Shown here one piece after another: positions 53,620 to 64,000 of a stretch of 64,000 nucleotides of DNA. A program made the translations under genes and the position numbers. Each line of letters begins with the position of its first letter. Positions within the stretch are counted from its first letter, which is position 1. Origin of the DNA: Octopus bimaculoides (lineage: Eukaryota); NCBI RefSeq assembly GCF_001194135.2, contig NC_068993.1, forward strand, positions 52,841,744 through 52,905,743, read 5' to 3'. The notes under the pieces were generated by a model. That model worked only from the letters and a program-made list of their open reading frames with translations, was not told where the DNA came from and did no database searches.

Positions 53620-54460
53620 TGATTGCAAAAAAACTTCAGTCTCTGTCCACCTTTCACGATGATTAGAGACTCAGCTATAGGCGGACCGAGGGGCTTGCCC
53701 GAAAACCAAGAACTAGTGCGAAGTCAGAGATATCTTCACCTTGTTTTTGGTGTTTGTAGGCTTATTTTATGCATCACTGAGTTTTTAAACACCCTCTGTA
53801 ACACGCTGGTTAGTACTATAACAGTTACAGGATGTACAGTAAAGCCATGGCTGTTAACCAGGCTATTCCAGTACATGAAACCTGGTAGAGTTCTAACCAG
53901 AAATATATCCTTCGCTCTCTATACATGTACAAATCAACACATACGGGACATATATGTGCTTAAAGGGAAATCCAAAGAGCCGACATTCTGGAAATGAAGG
54001 TCTAGACCTAGGAATTACTGAAATTACTGAAAGATTGGATATAACAAAGATGATGCGAAGAGGAGAGGCGAGTGGGACGAGAATACTTGAATGGGGGTGC
54101 CAAGATTCTAACCAGCTCCAAGAAACAAAGACAATTATGGTAGCTGTAGTATAAAGGTAGAGAGCAGAGGCAGCATGCGATCCCTATGAGCCAGACCTTA
54201 GGTTGTATCTAGGAGTAACTTTATACCTAACAGTAGTAGTCGTCGTCGTCGTGGTAATGGGGTTACTGAGGGCGCATGCGTGTGTGCTCTCTGTTTGTTC
54301 AATTTGTATTGATGGTGGTTGCTTTCTATACCTTGACCCGAACATAGGACGGGGCTCACCTCTTTGAGCTGGGAAATGAATGGAATGCCTGGTGTGAGTC
54401 TTGTTGTGGCTACCCCTGCCTATGGGTAATAGGTCTTGGTAAATAAATAAATAAATAAAA
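53620..54460 (+). mobile_element. Degenerate LINE 3' end with (TAAA)n tail
   Basis: Purine-rich decayed coding-like segment, 3' hairpin cctgcctatgggtaatagg, then taaataaataaa...aaaaa. Clade not assignable. Confidence 0.4.
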
Positions 54461-54513
54461 AAAGACTAATAGAAAAAGATAACATGTACTTTGAGTCAAG
54501 TAAAGCTTTTTCT

Positions 54514-54561
<48 letters not shown>

Positions 54562-55397
54562 TATGCTCTATCTGCTATGTTCTCTATAACCAGTCCTACA
54601 TATTAATGGAGACAGTTTATATTTCTCGTTTCAAAATCCTCATATTTCACTTCCTTAACTTCCTTCAGGACAATGGTCTACTCTTGATCACCATCATCAC
54701 TATAATCGCCATCATCGTCATCAGTGCTGTAGTCTTCGTTGTTATTATCACTATCATCATCATCATCATCATCGTCATCATCATAATCATCATCATCATC
54801 ATGACATTACTCTAATGAACTTTGTTTCCATGGTTATCTCGTAACTATTATTCTGTCTGTACTTTTGTGTTTTATTCTGTTTCATTTATTTTTATTTTCC
54901 TTCTTTTTTTTCAGACCTCTTCCTCTGTGTCGATAAAAATCTAGTTTGTACCATTTCTAATGAAACAGGAAGAACAAAGTTACTGTTAAAGAAAGTTGTT
55001 TGTTGTAAAAGAGTACTGTCAGAAAGTGTTTGGCGCCAGAAGAGGTATTTGTGAAACATTCATATATTACCAGGAACTTATAAACTGACATTTCCAGTTT
55101 TTATTGTTTATTTTCAAGAAGTTGTTTATTTATAGGTTTTTGAGCCAGAAACTGTATCATTGTCGATGGTCACTGGTTGAGACGGCGCAGTTAGTGAAAC
55201 TACAATAATAAGATTACACAATTCACCCGAAAGCATAAGCTCGACAAATTAACCATTGTACAAAAAATTAACGAGCAGCCTTCGCCTTTTCCTACCCAGT
55301 GAGGTCTTTAACCCACTATTCTATGCACAGATATTTACAGTGAATTTTTTTGAACATATCTGTGTGTATGCGTGTGTTTATGTATGTATGTATGTAT

Positions 55398-55617
55398 GTA
55401 TGTATGTATGTATGTATGCATGTCATTATTCAATTTATTTCAAGATTTCTTGCCAATAGAGAAAGAACTGGTTTCTAACCTAGATCCAAGTTTCCTTCAT
55501 TGGAATTTCAACATCAAAAACAGGGTATTTTTGTTTGTATGTATACGTGCAGGTTCGTATGTTTTGTTTTATGTATGCCTTCTCATGCATATATTTACAT
55601 ATCTAGACATGCTCATA
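55398..55617 (-). mobile_element. 3'UTR-only copy of the TACA-tailed RLE retrotransposon
   Basis: Reverse complement of 9730-10018. Ends aataatgaca + (TACA)n. Confidence 0.85.
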
Positions 55618-55633
55618 TATACATGTATGTATG

Positions 55634-55673
<40 letters not shown>

Positions 55674-55978
55674 CGCGCGTGCGTGTGCTCCAGCATGACC
55701 GCAGCAGTATGGTTGGAACACATTAAAAGAATAAAAGAAATACAATGCATCATACGTATATAATATAGACAGATAGATAGATAGCAAGACAGACACACAG
55801 ATAGTTTTCCAATAAGTTTCCATAAGTAAAAAAAAAGAAGCACGTATATTAGGTAATAGAGTGGATATGTTGTTTATACAATATCTTAAATTCAGTCTCA
55901 TGGATTGGCATAGTAACATAAATTGCTTATTATGAGCCTGAACTTTATGTTGTATAAACAATTGTGTGTATGTGTGTA

Positions 55979-56080
<102 letters not shown>

Positions 56081-56239
56081 ATATAGAGAAGCGCAGATAT
56101 GGATATCTGGTTAAGAGGTTCGCTTTACAAACATGTTGTATTGTGTTCAGTCCCACTGCGCAGCACTATGGGCATGTGTTTTCTACTATAGTCCATAACA
56201 TGTAATTATACATGCTATATCTATCTGCATGTACGTGGA

Positions 56240-56780
56240 CTTCTTAAGTCCCCATTCACAATTCAGAATTCTGGCGAGGTAGGATTGAGCCTCATTCTCA
56301 AGAGCCAACCCCTAATATCTTAGAGTGGGATTTGCGCTTGCATTCAAAAGTTTGTCGATTGTGTGGGAGTTCTCATAAAACAAATCTTGAGATTTTCTTA
56401 AGTCTTCAATCCGATGGTTTAAGCAACACATCGTAGAGTGTAGAACTGAAAGAGGAGCGGTTGTCATCCATGAGGTTTGCTGAGGGATGTGTTACTCTGA
56501 AGCTTTCGTTTTGCTGCCTACAGAAGAACGAACATCCTTACAACTATCATGGCTGTCGATTCTGATCCAGTTGAGCTAATTTATTTTTTGGTGTCCTTGT
56601 TCGTCTTAGGAGAAAAATAACTTTTGTCAGTATCATGCGACAGCCTGTCCAACACTCTTATCTTTTCATTGTGTGGGTAAGAAAAACAACTTTAAGACCC
56701 ATCCGCTTAACCATAAGGAAGTTAAAGCCAATAAGATGTCAGTGTTTTGATTCTGGGATGCATCCCAAGGTTCTATGTTT
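56240..56780 (-). pseudogene. RTE (BovB-like) LINE fragment, endonuclease C-terminal region
   Basis: gatgcatcccagaatcaaaacactgacatcttattg is a frameshifted MHPRSKHWHLID motif. Heavily decayed. Confidence 0.6.
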
Positions 56781-58682
56781 ATTCTTCTACTAGAAAAAAT
56801 AGTGTTAATAATGGTGAGGCCGTGTTCCATATACACAAAATAGAATTGTAACGTCAGTGCTGTTAGTTTGCACTTTTTGTGAATGTATGTAACCTTATGG
56901 TAGATATGTATGAGTGTGCTTGTGTATGTTGTGTGTGTGCGCGCGTTGTACTAGATGTATGTGCGCTAGTTTGCATGTTGTATTTACTTACGTAACAGCT
57001 ACACTACAGCGTGGGTTGTGAATAAATATGTATATGAAGCATTATACATATGTGAACAAATAAAAAAAAAACCCTTGTGGTCCAACCATGGGGCCTAATT
57101 TCACAGCGAGACTACTGGCATATGGATATGACTCTCTATATTTACTTGTATACTTAAGTTGTGTATATTGTATTTGTATATGTGTTGTATTGCTGTGCAT
57201 GATGTGTATATGTATGCGTGTTACGTGTGAGTGTGTGTGTGTTAGAGAGGGGAAATGAGAAAGAGACAAACTGAGAAAGCAACAGACAGATAGACAGATA
57301 TAGAGAGAAAGAGAGAGTTTAATTGCTCTAAGATTTCTTGACTATAGCCTATCATAATTTAGTACAATTCTACCCAAAGTGAACACTCTTTGATGATCGT
57401 CTCCTTACCGACAATAGAATCAGAGATTATCACAAAGACCTTGCAGATCATAAAATGGAAATTTTTATACAAAACCTGCTAACCAAATCTTCAGTTGACA
57501 GCTATCGAACCTCATAACTGAATTATCAATCCGAAACAACCCTTCTGATGACAGTAAACATCAACTTATCATTGAAACACCATCGCATAATTGTTTAAAT
57601 ATATAAGACTTCTACTCTTTTGCTCTGTTGTATCACAAGAGGTTTTCGTCTTTATGAAGTCTAATAAACCAATTAGAATATTGAACACCGTCATTTTTCA
57701 AACTATTGGCCAAAATCAAATTATTTAGCTTGTAACTTACAGTTAAAAATGTTATAGGAGTTTGTGGAATTCGTGATACAAACGAAATAAGAAATAAAAT
57801 AGCTTCCAAACGATAAATGTAACTGCATAATGGAGGGTCAGGAAATTAAATTTCTCAAATCTTCAGTCCTCGCTACCAGAATTAGATTTGTCTAGAATGT
57901 CCAAGAGAAAACTTACTGTAAAACAAACTATTGTCTCTCAAACAGAATTTTCTGACATGAATGAATATTTTATTCCAAGTTAGTATAAAATTAGCAGCCT
58001 TCATTTATGCCAACAGCTTACTGATTATGGTCCGGACATAAAATAACAGGTGTTTAACTGAACAAGATAAAAGTCGAATAATCGTAAGCTTCCAATTTGG
58101 GGCAAGAATATGCAAAAAAAAAAAAAAAAAAAAAAGACGTTTGTATAAATGCGGTAACTTATTCAAAAATAATAGCAAACTGGTATACCACTTTCTGAAA
58201 TACGAACAATGGAAGAAACTTTTGTATAAGCACCACTCCATCAACCCCGCAGGCAATCACTAGCGACCACTAACTATCTCAGCCTCAATCTTGGTACATC
58301 TTTTAATCTTAGTATCTTTGGTACTTATATTCTGAAAGGAAATAACGAAGTAGGCTTCTCTTTCACGTTATCGTTTTATACTGGGAGCTACGGCAAATTT
58401 TAGTGAATATGATCCTCTCGTTGAAACGTTTAAGACAAGCATGAACAACCTTTTTCGTAGAACTGAAAGTTATGAGATATTGCTCATCATAAATCAGTCC
58501 ACACTACTGAAACAATATTTTAACAAGCAACATAGATAAGAAAGAGTATACCATATGTTAGAGCAAGTATATCATTAAAAGTTGATCGAGAGAAAATTTG
58601 ACTGAATGATAGAGGGAGAAAGCGAGAGGGATAAACAGAGAGAGTCACGAATTGTTCAAATGAATAAAGTCTGACCTTAAAG

Positions 58683-58720
<38 letters not shown>

Positions 58721-58876
58721 AATTTCTGTGAATCACTTTTAATTTTGAACTCGACAAAGACAAGCTAGCTGTCGAAATATCGTTCAACCAATAAAATATC
58801 TATTGCAATCGCATCACGCTCTCTGTATTGTCTAATAATAATAATAATAATAATGATGATGATGATAACAATAATA

Positions 58877-59418
58877 GCCTTGATGCAGTACCAGGCAGTG
58901 TCTCTAATGGCTTCTGATCTTAACTCATCAGAAATGTTAACATGTCCATGTTTTGACTTGGGTTACAGCAAATATTCTGCTCAATACCGCAGATTTGTTT
59001 CTCAGTTGCTTGACCTTAAACAGTTGAGCATGTCTCTTAGTGGCTGACGATATGTGCATCTCTGATCACAAGTAATATTAGGGGAGCACCAGAACCATGT
59101 GTTGAGAGGAATTCTTTGGGGGTTTGAATAATTCACCTCTGGAAACATGGGTTTTTCATTCATCATCTTTGAAAAACCCTTATTCAGAGACCTTTTGAGC
59201 GGGTTGAGCTTCACGATAGGAAAAAAATTGTAACTGGGTCCCACCTGCATGGTCATACGCTGTTAATCTTGCTACGAGATCACCATGTTACACACACACA
59301 TGGTTGTGATACATGTGCATGGTGCACCCTTATCAGACGGATACTCAAGAGTGGTATATCAGGCTTCGTATATTTACACCCCAGTGTCACTTTGGTGGCA
59401 TGTACTGCTCTCTCACTC
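58877..59418 (+). mobile_element. ~540-bp non-coding interspersed element flanked by (TAA)n
   Basis: Starts gccttgatgcagtaccaggcag after a taa/tga run (58833-58876) and ends ctctctcactc followed by aataataatag. Homologous to 23372-23794. Confidence 0.8.
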
Positions 59419-59787
59419 AATAATAATAGCAATAATGTCGTTTGTTATAGAATCTAACATATTATACTGGCGAAGATTAATTAAAAAATCACTATGTCAT
59501 CATTCCGTTTGTGATACTGCTACAATTATATACAACCACTTCTGTAAAAACATCCACGTCACCTTATAACTACATAAACATAGGAAGGTTTTGGGGGTTT
59601 CTTTGTTAGTTTTTGGACAAAATAGTAAAAATAAATATTTTTATAATTTCACATTCCTCTGTTTTCTTCAACCTTACGATAAACTAACAACTTTAGATTC
59701 TGTGATACACATGGACATATATTTATATGTGTGTATATATACATATATGCACATACATACATCTCTCTCACTTTATATATATCAATA

Positions 59788-59823
<36 letters not shown>

Positions 59824-59833
59824 NNNNNNNNNN

Positions 59834-59871
<38 letters not shown>

Positions 59872-59971
59872 CATGTATACATACACACACACACACATAT
59901 ATATACACACACATTCACATACATTTATGACAAAATAAACAAAATAGTTGGGATATTTTAACACTTTCCTG

Positions 59972-60014
<43 letters not shown>

Positions 60015-60415
60015 TTATGTTGGTAAATAGTGACTGTCTGTCATTCAGCCATCAAATAATTGCTACATCATCATTATCAGACAAAACAGCAGTAGCAGCA
60101 ACAACATCATTAACAAAACAGTAACCGCAACAACAAAAACAACAACAGCAGCATCAAGCTCGCGAACCAATGACGGCACTTCTACAACCTGAAAGAAATA
60201 GCAGCAAAGTTTCCCTTAAGTTACGTTATATGGTCTTTAAAAAGATGGGCACCTTGTATAGCATATTTCAAGATATACTATGTCTGCAAAAAAAAAAAAG
60301 AAAAAAGAAAAACGACTGCAAAACAACAATGACAGATTACCAACTTCGATCTATTGAATCAGGGTTAACCTGATAGCTAAATAACAACAACATTAGCAGC
60401 AGCAGTCTGAGATAA

Positions 60416-61412
60416 GAGGAATATGTGGTCAGTCGCAGAATCTCATGGAAGGAACTTTGGGCTTGGGAACAAGCAAGAACATTGTTCTTGGTCAAATCTA
60501 CCTTCGACGTTTTACCTTCACTGGCGAATTTAGTCCGGTGGAACATACAAACTGATGAATGTAGATACGGAGAGAAAGCGACGGTGAGACATGTTCTGTC
60601 AAACTGCAGGCTAGCACTAGACATATATACATGGCGTCACAATCAAGTCCTCGGTGTCATAAGCGCAGCAGTGAAGAAGATCGAGGGATATAACAGGGGA
60701 GAGAGTACCCAAAAGTGGAAAAGCGCGGAAAAATATACTTCCAGGAGGGAAAAGGACAAAGCCAGGTCTTCAAATAAAGTATAAGAGACAGACGAAAGAT
60801 GGAAGGGATACTGGGAGCTGGCCACGGATTTGGAAAGACTGTTAATATTTCCACTCATAGAAACAACAAAAAGACCAGACTTAACCCTATGGAACACAAA
60901 ACGGAAAATTGGAATTTTGCTAGAGCTGACACTGCCATGAGAAGAGAACATAGCTAATGCAGAGCAACGGAAGGAGAAGAGGTATGAGAGATTAATCGAA
61001 GAGTGCGGAGAACAGGGATGGATTGTCGAGTATTACTACCTGGCAGTGGGAGCCAGAGGTTTCACTGAAAGGAAAATGGCGACGTTATTTAAAAGAAGGT
61101 TTGCATTTTCGAGCTCACAGCTGAGAAAAGTAATAAGGAGGATACAGGAGGCAGTCGACAAAGCCAGCTTCTTTATATGGCTGAAAAGAGAAGACTCAAA
61201 ATGGCTCGAAAGCCATAACATGCCGACTGGGAAATAACGTCGCTAGGTGAGGCTGGTTGGCACTTAAGCAGCATTGCTGATTGACAGGTGGACCAAGGTA
61301 GCGATCCCGTTCATAGCACGCCCTCCTCCTGGTTCGAAGGCTTGAAAATTTGGCAGGATTGGTCATTCGCCCGCCGACATTCGTTGACGCTGCATCGAAG
61401 GAACCAAAGATC
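60416..61412 (+). mobile_element. HERO-like RLE non-LTR retrotransposon, 5'-truncated
   Basis: One frame 60425-61237 with two nonsense codons: RRISWKELWAWE...STFDVLPS..NLVRW...RHVLSNC...YTWRHNQVL...KRPDLTLW...LELTLP*EEN...RKEKRY...AVGARGF...FIWLKR. A ~175-nt 3'UTR follows, then an A-run adjoining a gap. Confidence 0.88.
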
Positions 61413-63341
61413 AAAAAAAAAAAAAAAAAAAANNNNNNNNNNNNNNNNNNNNNNNNNNNNNNNNNNNNNNNNNNNNNNNNNNNNNNNNNNNNNNNNNNNN
61501 NNNNNNNNNNNNNNNNNNNNNNNNNNNNNNNNNNNNNNNNNNNNNNNNNNNNNNNNNNNNNNNNNNNNNNNNNNNNNNNNNNNNNNNNNNNNNNNNNNNN
61601 NNNNNNNNNNNNNNNNNNNNNNNNNNNNNNNNNNNNNNNNNNNNNNNNNNNNNNNNNNNNNNNNNNNNNNNNNNNNNNNNNNNNNNNNNNNNNNNNNNNN
61701 NNNNNNNNNNNNNNNNNNNNNNNNNNNNNNNNNNNNNNNNNNNNNNNNNNNNNNNNNNNNNNNNNNNNNNNNNNNNNNNNNNNNNNNNNNNNNNNNNNNN
61801 NNNNNNNNNNNNNNNNNNNNNNNNNNNNNNNNNNNNNNNTGATAAATCATTACTTTTTCCTTCTCTTTCCCCCTTTTTTTTTTGTCATAGTATATACAAA
61901 TACATTTGCTAAATAAACAGAAAGGTAAATAAATATTGCACACATATATTTATATACATTTAATTCACAGCATGCACGCACACGCAATGGGTCAGGAACT
62001 AAAGAAGCGAGCCTGTGTGTGGTCAATCGAGTTGCTAGAAATAGTAGCTGTATCGCTCTTCAAATTATGCCTACTACCTCCTTAAAAAAAGTGTCCTGAC
62101 ACAGTCAATAATATAGTTCCTAGATAACGCTAGAAAGACATGATAGTTAATGGTAAAATGCCTTTTATCACAGGTCTACTTAAAAATGGAATTTCTGGAT
62201 TCCTGCTAAAAGAATCCAGATTTTTAATCTTGTATCGCTTATTTGTTTCCGTCATTGGGCTGCGGCCATGATGGAGCACAGCCTTGGATTTAGTCAAACA
62301 AACCGATTCCAGCACTTCCGGTTGTTAGGTACAAACACACATACATATATACAAGGAGAGCTTTCAGTTTCCATCTATCAAATCCACTCAGATTTGGTCG
62401 GCCCAGGGCTTTAAGTGGTTGGGAAACAAGCTTCTTACTACATAGCCAAGCCTGCTAAACGAAGCCTAGCTTGGTGCATTATACATTATACAATAGCTAC
62501 TAACAATAAGCCCAGAAGTTGCAGACAGCTGTGGGACAATGTTGAGTATAGGTGCAGGCAGGGCTGTACATAGTGGAAGCTGAGGGTTGCTACTTTGAGT
62601 AAATTGTTACTCCCAGCCATAATCTAGTTCCTTTAATGCAAGCCGTTAAATTTAGTCCGAACACCCTGCATATGTATACACGTGTGTGCATATATATATA
62701 TACACACACACACACATATACATACATACATATCATCATCATCGTTTGTGCAATCATTAAACTGTGGCCATACTGGAGCACCACCTCGAGGAATTTTAGT
62801 TGAATTAATTGACTTCAGTACTTATTTTCTCTTTTAAATCTGGTACTTCATCTATTGGTCTTGCCAAACTGCTAAGTTATGAGGACACTTGTTGTCAAGC
62901 AATGGTGGGGGACAAACACACACACAAGGCCCAAGGCTATTGTAGAGAACACTGGCCCAAGGTGCTACACGGTGGGACTGAACCTGGAACCATGTGGTTG
63001 GGAAGCAAACTTCTTGATGGACATTTTCAGGTTCTGTCAACCAAATCTACTCACAAAGATTTGGTTGGACCAAAGCTAGAGAAGAAAACACTTGCCCAAG
63101 GTGCTAAACAGTGGGTTTGAACCTAAAACCATGTAGCTGGGAAGCAAACTTCTTAACCACACAGCCAATTTCTATGTCTGTCATCCGTTTACAGCTATGT
63201 GTTACAGACTTTAATAAATTCACACAAATATAAGCAACACAACACATGAAGAGAAAAGAGATTTATTTCAAAAGGTTCATTAAAAAAACAAATGAAAATA
63301 AAAAATTCTAAAGAGAAAATCCTTCTTCTCGGAATTGCAGT

Positions 63342-63409
63342 TTAGAGTATATTCAACTGAGCTTCCATTAAAATGTGTGGATCAGTCATTGTCTCACTGA
63401 ATTCATGAG
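63342..63409 (-). CDS. Candidate terminal coding exon of an unidentified host gene
   Basis: Strong acceptor ttcttttcttttctactttcag. Open frame xHEFSETMTDPHILMEAQLNIL* (TAA 63342-63344). AATAAA at 63262-63267 and ATTAAA at 63210-63215 lie downstream on the minus strand. The protein is not recognised. Confidence 0.5.
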
Positions 63410-64000
63410 CTGAAAGTAGAAAAGAAAAGAAATAAAGAGATGAGATGGCAGAATAAATATTAAGGTGTCTCTATAAGTGCAGCCATTCAACCTGCAAGAA
63501 ATAGTTGCTAAAATCTCCCTTATATCACATCTTACCATCCTAACAATGAACAATGAAAAGGGACACATTACATAATCTAATTCCAGAAACACTATGCCTG
63601 AAAACACAGCTGGAATGCTTTTAATCACAAAGTAGCTAGATCAGGGCTGATCTTGTGTTAAAAAGCAGCAACAAGAAGAGATAGCTAATATAAGAGCAAT
63701 ATTTATGGTGTTGATGTATAAACCCTTTACTGTTCAGCTTACTCAGTAAAACATAAATCTTATATTATTTTGAATTAATCAAGCATTTTCTCATGGCTTT
63801 GAGATTTAGATGATGTGGATGTTTATTCCTGGAATGACATTGTAGGGTAGGTATGAAAGGGCTATCTGGCCGGTTTAACTGCTAAAAGTATAAACAATGA
63901 CATTAATGTATTAGGTTTGTATAAAACTAGTTAATGTTTTAGCAATGCAGAATAATCTGAGGTAGGACAGACGCAGAGTAACAGTGATGGACACTACACA

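Noticed and set aside
57540-57590. CTGATGA...GAAAC hammerhead-like spacing
   Set aside because: Stem II is only about 3 weak pairs and stem I does not pair. At most a heavily decayed relic.
58877-58940. Short resemblance of the TAA-element end to U2 snRNA (cctggtaYtgca) or to an HDV-like ribozyme
   Set aside because: Only about 11 nt match, and no nested double-pseudoknot pairing could be built by eye.

Overview
AT-rich, repeat-saturated eukaryotic genomic DNA with many N gaps. The SINE families and very dense (CA)n/(TACA)n/(TAA)n microsatellites suggest an octopus (cephalopod) scaffold; this is an inference. No multi-exon host gene could be reconstructed. The best host-gene candidate is a minus-strand terminal coding exon at 63342-63409. 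The rest is a TE graveyard: at least four tRNA-derived SINE families; DNA-transposon remnants (two Merlin/IS1595-like, Tc1, two mariner, two hAT-Charlie transposase relics plus MITEs, a Helitron); LINE pieces (Tx1/L1, RTE); Penelope-like (PLE) pieces; and three distinct restriction-like-endonuclease (RLE) non-LTR retrotransposons (R4/Dong-like in a TAA repeat, a TACA-tailed family, a HERO-like copy). Most interesting: (1) two same-strand type-I hammerhead ribozyme folds about 410 nt apart at 30.3-30.8 kb, one with the C3-G8 core pair swapped to G3-C8; (2) a ~540-bp non-coding element found only inside (TAA)n arrays, once in tandem with the Dong-like element, which is a candidate non-autonomous partner; (3) a SINE > Merlin > hAT-MITE triple nesting. 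Most ORFs in the supplied track are microsatellite or N-gap artefacts. All family assignments are by motif recognition, not database search.
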